From Eledone cirrhosa (lineage: Eukaryota): a stretch of 64,000 bases of DNA. Positions 51,469 through 64,000 of the stretch are shown piece after piece. Position 1 is the first letter of the stretch; every line of letters begins with the position of its first letter. The notes below the pieces were generated by a model. That model was not told the origin of the DNA. It searched no databases and was given only the letters and a program-made list of their open reading frames with translations. Made by a program: the position numbers and the translations under genes. The stretch is taken from contig OZ024742.1 of the NCBI GenBank assembly GCA_964016885.1, positions 193,688,001 through 193,752,000 on the forward strand, written 5' to 3'.

Positions 51469-51952
51469 TTGATAGTTCCATCGATCAAAACAAAAATGTT
51501 AAAAATGCGGAAAAGACGGTGATGTATATTATTTTCCAATTAGTATAGCCGACAGGATATGTCACATACATACGCTAACCTATAGAATGGGATTGTCATT
51601 TCATGTGTTCTAAACTGGCAGATTAACCGAGATAAAGTCGGCTCCATTCTTATTCTTGCGATACTGAATCAACCAAGAGTAAAGTAACTAATGCGAAATA
51701 AATCTGATTTTATTATTATGATTTCTGTTAAAGGGCGCTGGATTGGCAGTATCGATAGAGTATCAGACACCATGCCTTGCAGCGTAGAATTATGGCCATT
51801 TATGGTCTGAGTATAAGTGTTTGTGCGTGTGTGTTTATATACCTTTATATTTACTATTTGTTCTCCCTTCCTTCTTCTTCCTCCACGCCTCACTTTCATA
51901 TTTATTATATTTTTGTTTTGCAAATCCACTTTCAATAAATACACCAGGATTT

Positions 51953-52012
51953 TTTCATTCTGATGAATGAAGGCAAATTTGTTTCCTTTCAAGAAACCAC
52001 TGGTAAATGAAA
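51953..52012 (+). ncRNA. Type I hammerhead ribozyme (duplicate of 43136-43195)
   Basis: Same core and stems. Confidence 0.8.
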
Positions 52013-52252
52013 TAATTATCTTATGTTGTTTATTACATAACTGTATATATGTATATATATATATGAATAGTTAATAAATGTAACAAATAAAACTCAAGAG
52101 GCAATTCTACACAGTTATATTAGGTTCACTATTGGTACGAGTGGTTTAAAGTCCATATATATATATATATATAAATACATATAAATATATATATGTATAT
52201 ATATAAATATATATATATATACTGTATATATATAAATATATATATATATATG

Positions 52253-52294
<42 letters not shown>

Positions 52295-52325
52295 AATATA
52301 TATATATATATATGTATATATATAA

Positions 52326-52378
<53 letters not shown>

Positions 52379-52395
52379 TATATATATATATATAA

Positions 52396-52479
<84 letters not shown>

Positions 52480-52517
52480 ATATGTATATATATAAATATA
52501 TATATATATGTATATAA

Positions 52518-52550
<33 letters not shown>

Positions 52551-52676
52551 TATGTGTGTATATATATATATATGTGTGTATATATATATATGTGTGTATA
52601 TATATATATGTATGTATATATATATATATATGTATGTATGTATATATATGTATGTATGTATATATATATATATATA

Positions 52677-52725
<49 letters not shown>

Positions 52726-52732
52726 ATATATA

Positions 52733-52767
<35 letters not shown>

Positions 52768-53048
52768 TATATATATATTGATAGTTCCATCGATCAAACA
52801 AGAAATGGTAAAAATGCGGAAAAGACGGTGAAGTATATTATTTTCCAATTAGTATAGCCGACAGGATGTGTCACATACATACGCTAACCTACAGAATGGG
52901 ATTGTCATTTCATGTGTTCTAAACTGGTAGAAATACATTAGCCGGGATAAAGTCGGCTCCATTCTTATTCTTGCGATACTGAATCAACCAAGAGTAAAGT
53001 AACTAATGCGAAATAAATCTGATTTTATTATTATGATTTCTGTTAAAG

Positions 53049-53243
53049 GGCGCTGGATTGGCAGTATCGGTAGAGTATCAGACACCATGCCTTGCCGCAT
53101 AGAATTACGGCCATTTATGGTCTGAGTTCAAATCCCGCCGAGGTTAACTTTGCCTTTCATCCTTACGGGGTCGAAAAAAATAAATTACCTGTAATACACT
53201 GGATAATTGCTGGCCTTGTGCTAAAAGTAGAAACAATTATTAT
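53049..53243 (+). mobile_element. tRNA-derived SINE, near complete
   Basis: A box TGGCAGTATCGG; B box GAGTTCAAATCC; core aactttgcctttcatccttacggggtcga; tail ggccttgtgctaaaagtagaaacaattattat. Confidence 0.82.
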
Positions 53244-54005
53244 GATTTCTGTTGGAGCATCTGAAAACATGCTTAGTGCATAGAGTTATAGCTATTTACG
53301 TTCTGAGTTCAAATACTGCCTTACGCGGTCGATGAAATAAAGTACCAGTAATGCACTGAGGCCGAATTAATCAACTTTCTATTCCCTAACGTTACTCGCC
53401 TTGTCTTTGAATCAGAAACCATTTCAGGCATGCATTTATATATCATGTTGGCCATAAGCCTTACTCTCCGAGATTCTAGTAAACATAGTAATTCTTTAAT
53501 GACTTGAATCAGTGAATGAATAAAAGTATATAAACGCTCCACACAGTCCTTTTTCACGGACATCAGTAAAATCTGTTAACGATGATTTGGACAATATCAC
53601 GACATTTTACAAGGTTCTTGAAAAGAAACTACAAAACATAGGAAATAGCATGTGTATGGATGGAAAGCCTTGAAGTTATAAATATAATACCATGTCAATT
53701 TCAATAAAATGCTTGACATTTGGAAGAATGAATGACAAAAACATTCAAACTGAACAAATATCGTTCCGAAAGATGACATTACAAATTCCATATTCATGTG
53801 ATGCAAGGAAAACAAAGAAAAACAGAACGCAGCAGAAACCAAAATGTTTAATGTCAAAACAAAAACATATTTTGATATAAATTCAACAGTATCCCGCAAA
53901 CATATGGATCTAGACACACACATCATATATATATATATGTGTGTGTGCTTGTGTGTGTGCTTGTGTGTGTGTACGTGTGTGTGTGTATATGTGTATGTAT
54001 GTTTA

Positions 54006-54046
<41 letters not shown>

Positions 54047-54239
54047 TCATATATATGTAAAATATATATAGACACATATATGTGTATAATATATATATAT
54101 ACATACATACGTATAATATATATATATATACATACATACGTATAATATATATATATATACATACATATGTATAATATATATATATATATACATATATATG
54201 TATCATATATATATATTACATATATATATATATATGTAT

Positions 54240-56267
54240 TAGTTTTGCGAGGTTTTTTATATGAAATCGTGTGTCGAAACAAATATTGTTATACTTGGGG
54301 AGGGTCATATTTGTGTAATGTTGCCAGAATTAATAACAGAACACACTCACTGTTTGGTTGGTTTTCGCTTTTCGCTTCTGTGTCTTTTATATCGGTAACC
54401 TATTTTATTCGCTCCTCAATGTTGCCCCCAAAACAATGATCAGGTAAGAAAAATGGTCGCACATGCAATAGGGGCTAGTATCAAAACTACCCTAAAGGGC
54501 CACATATTCAAGTTCAACGAGAAGATCTAAACCAAAATGAGGGAGCAGCCATTGGTATCAGCATAGCTGGTGATGTTGCCAACCTTTTCATGGTATGGTG
54601 GGAAAGGAGACTTGAAGATCTCCTTAATGAGAGCTCCATAGACCTCATCATGTACTCTAGTTACTTAGACGATATCAATATAGTTATAAGAACATCCCCA
54701 CTAGAGAGCACTAACAAGTTTGATTTAGAACGTAGCCCAATGGAAAGCATCCAGCAGATAGCTAATTCCATACACCAGAGTATAACTGTAAGTATCGACT
54801 TCCCTTCCAAACACCCTAACGATAGACTACCCATATTAGAGACGGAACTCTGGATTAACACTATAGACGAGAGAGCCCAAATTCTCCACTCACACTATGC
54901 TAAACCCATGGCCTCCAAATACCTGATACTCAAACACTCAGCAATGTCCAGTAGTGCTAAGTTTAATATTCTGATCGCTGATTTGGTACGAGTGATAAAG
55001 AATGTGTCCCGCATGTGCGACCCAACAGAAATGGAAAGATACATCCAACACTTCATCCACCGCATGCAGTTCTCTGGCTACAACCAAAGAGACAGAGTCA
55101 GAGTATAGGAAGGAGCCATGGAGAAGTATAAGACCCTCATAGAACTGGACATGAAAGGAATTTGCCCATTATACAGGAGCAAATCATGGAATAGCTTAGA
55201 TAGGGCTAGACATAAGATAGGGAAAGCCACCTCATGGTACGACAACCAGAGTGTCATGTTTGTGGACGCTACCCCTGGAGGCAAATTAACTAACCAGTGT
55301 AGAAAGGCCCTGAGAAAGACCCACTTAAAGATTAAGGTGGTAGAAAAGCCAGGAACCACCATTAAATCCCTGATCAGCAAAACCTACCCTTTAAGAAAAC
55401 CCACTCTACTAATAGGAAATGTATCATATGTAAGGTAAACCCCTGGATAAACTGTAAAACTACAAACTTAGTCTATAGCATAAGATGTACAGAGGGTACT
55501 TGCAGAAACATGACAACAACATACATAGGCGAGACAGCTCGTAGCATAGGTGAAAGGATAGAACAAAACTGGGGGAAACTAAAATGACGAAAAAACGGAT
55601 CAGTACTATACGAACATGCCAGACAACAACACGACGGTAACATAGACAACATAGAAATTAGAATAATATCTAAACATAGATATGTCCCAGCAGATAGGCA
55701 AAAAAACAACACTGACCTAAGAGAAGTATAACCAAAAATAAATAAATAAATAAATAGATAAATAAATAAATAAATACATACACAATCACAATAATAACAA
55801 ACACATATAAACACACACTAGTAAAGATAGAATACATTAACCAATACACAGTCACCCAATCACGAACACACATCAAACAAAACACTATACACACACGCAA
55901 ACGCATGCGCAAAGAAGACAAAATAAAATAAACAAACAAACAAATAAATAACTAAATATATAAATAGACTAAATAAAGATGGCGTAGACATACAATGTAA
56001 CGGGAGGAAACAATAGCACCACTGACGATGTTGCAGATGTGCAACGAAAGAACTTTGATAAACTATATATATGTGTTTGTGTCTATATTGTATCTGTATT
56101 ATTTTATACCGTTGGTCAGTCAACGGCAACATTGAGGACCGAATAAATTACATTACCGATATCAAAGACACAGAAGCGAAAAGCGAAAACCAACCAAACA
56201 GTGAGTGTGTTCTGTTATTAATTCTGGCAATATTACCATATATGACCCTCCCCAAGTATAACAATAT
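54240..56267 (+). mobile_element. 5'-truncated EN+ PLE (RT end + GIY-YIG + pLTR) with an inverted pLTR end at its 5' side
   Basis: GAAIGISIAGDVANLFM, YLDD, RLPILET, HYAKPMAS, MFVDATPG, YIGETARS; contains stops. 54283-54426 is the reverse complement of 56125-56267. Confidence 0.88.
56018..56059 (+). ncRNA. Minimal hammerhead ribozyme (weak stem I)
   Basis: CTGACGA t-gttgca-gatg-tgcaac GAAA gaac TT tgat. Confidence 0.6.
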
Positions 56268-56329
56268 ATATGTATCATATATATATATATATACATATGT
56301 ATCATATATATACATATATATATATGACA

Positions 56330-56395
<66 letters not shown>

Positions 56396-56433
56396 TGTCA
56401 TATATATATGTATGTATATATATGACATATATG

Positions 56434-56466
<33 letters not shown>

Positions 56467-56470
56467 GACA

Positions 56471-56517
<47 letters not shown>

Positions 56518-56518
56518 G

Positions 56519-56572
<54 letters not shown>

Positions 56573-56586
56573 CATATATATCTATC

Positions 56587-56850
56587 TAAGGCGGGTAAAA
56601 TTCCCGAGATCCATGGACGAGTTCTCTCCAGCGGTCTCTGTCCCTCATTATCGCTGCCATATCCTGCATCTCCAACAGACCAGTGTCTGTCCTTAGGGCA
56701 TCAACATATGTTAACCTTGGTCTTCCTCTTCTAGTGTGTCCATGTAGGGGCTCCCAAAGGAGCACTGAGTGCAATGTCAACTCTGGATGTCGGTGAGCAT
56801 GTCCAGCCAACCTCAGTCTCCTCTGCGTCACTTTTGAGCTGACTTTTGGG
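56587..56850 (-). pseudogene. RTE-like LINE C-terminal fragment
   Basis: [13 protein letters not shown]...LLWEP...[11 protein letters not shown]...RDRWR. Confidence 0.8.
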
Positions 56851-56885
56851 ATATATATATATATATATGCATATATATATATATG

Positions 56886-56936
<51 letters not shown>

Positions 56937-56956
56937 ACATATATATATATATATGC

Positions 56957-56987
<31 letters not shown>

Positions 56988-57021
56988 CATATATATATGT
57001 ATATATATATATATATATTTT

Positions 57022-57101
<80 letters not shown>

Positions 57102-57116
57102 TACATATGTACATAT

Positions 57117-57137
57117 ATTTCGTTTCATTTTTTTCCA

Positions 57138-57173
<36 letters not shown>

Positions 57174-57560
57174 TGGAAAAAATGAAACGAAATTTCATTT
57201 CACACTCTTAGAACGGCTGTTACTTAAATATAAGTATGTATACGCACATACATATATGTGTACAGATGTACATAGTATGTATATATATATATATACATAC
57301 ATGCACACATATATATATATGTACGTATGGATTCACCGACATTTATTATAATGCTCGGTGTGTTTGTAAACAAACATCCCGAGTTAAGCCGTACAGTGTT
57401 TAGCAGCCATCGTTGCCCCTTTGTTCAACACTGACAAAAGAAAGATGTACTAGTTTCATGCTTATTAGCTATCCTCAGCACCGTATACCTTCCTGCCAGA
57501 TGATTGAACGTCTGAAAGTATATACTTTCCTTATGCATATTAATGACTGAGCAGCCTATA
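57117..57560 (-). mobile_element. Second copy of the 1.1-1.7 kb HHR unit, ending in a short fold-back around (AT)15
   Basis: 57340-57557 is the reverse complement of ~1300-1530; hairpin arms 57117-57140 and 57171-57193. Confidence 0.78.
57444..57482 (-). ncRNA. Minimal type I hammerhead ribozyme
   Basis: ggtg CTGAGGA tagctaataagcat GAAA ctag TA catc; palindromic stem III. Confidence 0.75.
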
Positions 57561-57564
57561 CATA

Positions 57565-57619
<55 letters not shown>

Positions 57620-58417
57620 GATATTAAACAAATGGATACTATATTTATAAAACCATATTTATTTCATTATACATATTTCAGGGATACCATATTAAAAATT
57701 ATGGCCTGCCTTCTTCATATAAAATACAATATATAAGCAGTTTAATAAATAAATTTGACTTACCATAGAATTTTGAACAACTTCCATTTAAAAAAGTTGG
57801 TTTGGTAGTGAGATGTTTGTAAATATTTAGTGTTAAGTACAGTTAGAAAAGAAAGACGGAGAGAAGTAGTAAATGTATGTAAAGAAAAACAGAGAGAGAT
57901 AGAGAGAGATATGGGAGAGAGAAAAATAGTGAGGAGGTGAAAAATGAGAGGCAGCTGAGGCAACAGATGAATAATAATAATTCAACATGCAAAATGAGAG
58001 ATTTAGGGGGGAAGGAGTACTGTAATTATTTATTTATTTATTTATTTAGTTATAGTGTTAAGGAGACGGAGAAAAATAAAAATAAAAATAAAAAATAACT
58101 AAAGAGAAAACAGCGATACATAGATTACATCATGTATAGAGGGAGGAGAAGAAAGCTATATCTAGATAGAAAGATGACAGATTTACAACTTTACGTTATG
58201 TTCTATCAATTTGAATTATCAATTAATATGAGTTGGGTATTATACTGTAGATATCAATATTCATGAATGAGACATAGATATATAATGCGCGAAAAATAAT
58301 GACCATATGTTTAGTCCAAAAACTCCCAGGTCGTTGCAACCGGAGGAAGACAGGAAGACAATACTTTGGTTCGTGGTAACGTTCGCTGGCAGCTGGCAAA
58401 GAACGGGAAAAAACCGG

Positions 58418-59954
<1,537 letters not shown>

Positions 59955-60875
59955 TTATAAATATGTGTTTGCAAATGTGTGATTGTCTGTAAGCATGTGG
60001 CGCAGGTTTGTTTAAACACGTAATCAGTTCGTCACACGCTAAGTATTCATTATGACATTTGTCGACATAATAGCTTAAACTATTCTTTCTCTACATCCAA
60101 GTTTCATAAACAATACATGACAGAATATCAACATTATAATTTCACTCCTCATCCTCTTGTTCATGACAATCATCATTGTCTAACGAGGCGCGCTAAACAA
60201 TGAAATCACTGCCCGTCCCTGTTTTAAATAGCAAGAATACACGATATTTAATGTAGCTATACAGATCCATAGAAATAGAGTTAGTGATTGGCTTGGGCCT
60301 TATGTTTTCTCGATCAACATTGATTAGCAGATTTAGGAACCATAAAAACAACAATTATCATTATCCTTGTAATCGCCATTATCACCAACGAAACCACTTT
60401 CTATCTGTTAGATATAACAGCCATATTTTCTTGAAATCATACCTTACGGTGTTAAATAACGAGAGAACGCATACTATATAACCCGAGAAACTCAAAGTAG
60501 ACGATGTTCACTGCTACAACACCTTTGTATATCCGCTAATCTCTATCAGGGTAGAAATGTAGTTAAAATAGCACAATAACATTACATATAGCCACCAGCA
60601 TCATCGAGGCCAACATCATCGTCGCTGTCTTATAATACGCACACGATACTAAAGCAACAGTGTTTGCGTCGAAATAACTTTAATGCAACACGTTGTCTGA
60701 AGCAGAATTTTCTTTTTATTGACTAAGATATTTCCTTGTTAACAGAGCTGTAGGTTTATATATGCATATATGCGCAATGGGATTTCCTTTTCGTGTTACC
60801 AGAATTTAGAAAATGTTGTTTACTGGTTAGTACATCTTTCATTATATTTCAAACATAATACATAGGTACATTCCA

Positions 60876-60916
<41 letters not shown>

Positions 60917-61314
60917 TATTTGGCAATATACCGCATGTTTAATTAATAACATTTAGAAGACCATACGCTATCAGTTTTAAAGTAGTGACAATGTCACTTA
61001 CTTCATTTCGGGGAAAGAAGGGAGAGAAGCTGACAGTCTGTTTCATGCTGCGTGGTGTTCATCAGAGCCACGTACTCCCTTGTATAATCAGCTCCTGGTT
61101 ATTACTGGAATTCTATAAGAATCTATCTTCTATAATTTTCGGCCGACGCAGGGGAGGACGTGACTTAGAAGAACGCCAGCCAGCGTGAAACAGACTGCCA
61201 GCTTCTCTCCCTTCTTTCACCGCAAAGAAGTAAGTGAAAGAGTCACTACTTTAAAACTGATAACGTATGGTTTTCTAAATGTTTTTATTTAAACATACGG
61301 TATATAGCCAAATA
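60917..61314. mobile_element. Diverged ~165-bp-arm fold-back with HHR motifs
   Basis: Arms ~60917-61082 and ~61148-61314; (TA)n on the left and nearby on the right. Confidence 0.8.
61028..61069 (-). ncRNA. Minimal type I hammerhead ribozyme
   Basis: ggct CTGATGA acaccacgcagcat GAAA cagactg TC agct; stem II is decayed here but intact (acgc/gcgt) in the opposite arm. Confidence 0.68.
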
Positions 61315-61367
61315 CCTATACAAACACTCATATATACATCGCTATTTCAGAGCACAAATCCTAATAC

Positions 61368-61446
<79 letters not shown>

Positions 61447-61521
61447 GTATATATATGTATATATATGTATATATATGTATATATATGTATATATATGTAT
61501 ATATATGTATATATATGAATA

Positions 61522-61714
<193 letters not shown>

Positions 61715-61756
61715 GTATATATATATATATACATATATGTATATATATATATATAT

Positions 61757-61954
61757 CACGAAGAAAATGTGGTAAGGAACCAGGTGGACCATAACGCACC
61801 AAAGACTCAATAAATAGGGTAGTAGAGTGGGTAATAGAAACGAGTAGGACCCCGACGGCTGAGCTCAAGCCGTTTCGACGGCTAATTCTGGACTCCAGAG
61901 TCCAGAATTAGCCGTCGAAACGGCTTGAGCTCAGCCGTCGGGGTCCTACTCGTT

Positions 61955-61958
<4 letters not shown>
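61757..61958. mobile_element. Fold-back copy of the 150-bp array family
   Basis: 61-bp arms 61835-61895 and 61898-61958, 2-nt loop, one mismatch; flanked by (TA)n. Confidence 0.88.
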
Positions 61959-62048
<90 letters not shown>

Positions 62049-63150
62049 CATATATATATGTGTGTCCATAGAGAGAGGACAGAAAAGAATTTCTCCCAGC
62101 TATAGTGGCCTTATTGATGTTGATAATTTATTGATACATCTTATCCATTACAATCTAACATATAATTATAGCAAAATCCAAAATAGACTCTCTTAACAGT
62201 TAAATGTGAGTAAACTGTTATCGAAGATGCAGCTGTTCTGAAATTGTTTTACTGATAATATACAATAACAATAAACATTTGACATAGAATAGGCAAAAGG
62301 TAAAAGTTTGCTTTGCTATCTTTAGATCTCGAGTTCGGACTTACAGTATGCCTTCCAGGGCAAATATCATTTATCTTAGCCTCCGGTAGATACCCGCGTA
62401 ATTGCTGGATGGGAATTGTTTATAACCCCGTCAGATTGACGGTAATTGTAATTCAAGAGAGCGGACTAATTTCAAACTTTGATATACCTAATCTCCCTGA
62501 GAATATACTTGCGGTTACACGTGTTTGTTGAATACCGGGTTACTGATAGATTCTTAGAGAAACAGAAGAATGAATTCCTATTGTCATTGCCTGCTTCTCT
62601 ATCGCACTCCCCATCTCTCACTATCATATCCAAATGATGGGGGAGGAGGACATGTGTGGAGGCCCCGGCGGACAGAGTGGATCCAATTGCAGGCTATTTC
62701 TCCGATCAAAAATCTGGAACACAATTCGTCGCATTCGACGTATTTCCATCAATCTATAACAACTGTCAAAATAAGTGGTATTTTATCAGAACATATTTAT
62801 ATCAAGCAACATTAGAGAACCTAAGTATAGAATAAAGGAAATGTCACAATTAATACATAATATCCAGGAGGACTGACAAACAAAAAGCGGGGGAAGAACA
62901 TTGGTTAAAAATGGATTTAGCACACCACGGTCGATATGCCTTCCCATATAGAACTACGTGCGACACTCGTTACATCAGTCATTCCTAATTTAGGTGAGAT
63001 GCTGTCTTCGCTATTTTGGGGCGGAAAATAGCAGTCCGCGAATTGACGAGAACAAATGTCTTGATCGAAAAAGGCATAAAAAGGCATAAAAAGGACCCGC
63101 TCAAACACAGCTCACTGTCTGTCGTATCTCTGCTTTACGGTTTATACCCG

Positions 63151-63310
63151 AGGAGTATGGCCGAGTGGTTACAGTGTTTTTCTTATGATCATACTATCCT
63201 GAGTTAGATTCTTGAACAGGGTCCTGCATTGTGTTTTTGTTCTTGAGTGAAACTATTAATTTCATGTTTCTCCAGTACACATATCTGAAAATGAGTACCA
63301 ACAGTAAGTG
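63151..63310 (+). mobile_element. Diverged tRNA-derived SINE (second family)
   Basis: A box TGGCCGAGTGG; degenerate B box gagttagattc; tgtg...ttcttgag...aaaatgagtacc body. Confidence 0.5.
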
Positions 63311-63905
63311 GGGAGATAACACTGTAATACAATTGCAGCATTTCGTGTGTCATGTGTGTCTATATATACAGCTCGCTGAATAGGCGCGTGTGTTTTTTCC
63401 CATTTATACCTCCTTTTCTTCCCCGTTCCTTTCTCTTCTCCCTCTTGACACTTTAAGACAAACCTTTCCTGCCATTTCAAGTTTTAATATAATATATTTC
63501 TTCAATGTACTATTTTGATTGCTTTGTTATTTCAGATTACTTTTAACATACATACCTACTTACACACAAACATATTATATATATACATACACACACACAT
63601 ATATATAGATATATAAATATGCATGTGTGTGTGTGTAGTTATGAAATTAACAACATAAGACAATTATTCCATTTACCAAATATTTCACGAAGTCAGACGA
63701 GTTCGACACAGACGTCTGAAATCGCACATCAGAATAGACCGGCCAGGTATCCCAGCCTGCTCTGTTCAAGATCTTGTCACCTGCAACGAATGCGGATTGA
63801 TGTGTAAATCAGGAGCTAGATTGAAGTATTATTTAAGGCATAAACATAGAATAATGTATTGAAAGGACTGTTGAAGCCCCATACGTCTAATAGAAGGGAG
63901 AGTCC

Positions 63906-63978
<73 letters not shown>

Positions 63979-64000
63979 CTAGTTTTACAGTTAATATGGG

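Larger units (their letters stand above)
43000..53128 (+). repeat. Tandem duplication A-(TA)n-B / A'-(TA)n-B'; only the first copy carries the PLE
   Basis: A 43000-43338 matches A' 51817-52155; B 51469-51812 matches B' 52778-53128. Confidence 0.9.

Noticed and set aside
62313-62815. Possible LINE APE remnant (VIVIQES...GGGG)
   Set aside because: Only one short motif; too decayed to call.

Overview
Gene-poor, AT-rich eukaryotic DNA. The tRNA-derived SINE family and the dense (TA)n tracts suggest an octopus or other cephalopod genome (inference). No host protein-coding gene can be supported; most long ORFs are translations of (TA)n. The window is a nest of retroelements. (1) One apparently intact, very young Penelope-like element (PLE): a 794-aa RT + C-terminal GIY-YIG ORF with Hydra-clade-like DKT and CxCx5C motifs, tandem plus inverted pseudo-LTRs, inserted in (TA)n. 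(2) Decayed PLEs of at least two other lineages. (3) R4/Dong-like RLE LINEs next to (TACA)n or (TAA)n, an L1/Tx1-like LINE, RTE fragments and SINEs. The most striking signal is non-coding. By eye I find about 16 type I hammerhead ribozyme (HHR) motifs from at least 7 unrelated sequence families, plus half or decayed cores. Most lie in small ORF-less tandem or fold-back units (about 0.1-0.9 kb) embedded in or adjoining (TA)n, which copy the architecture of the intact PLE. This looks like a system of HHR-bearing non-autonomous, retrozyme-like elements alongside a candidate driver. The driver's own HHR is atypical (CCGAAGA core, 81-nt stem II).
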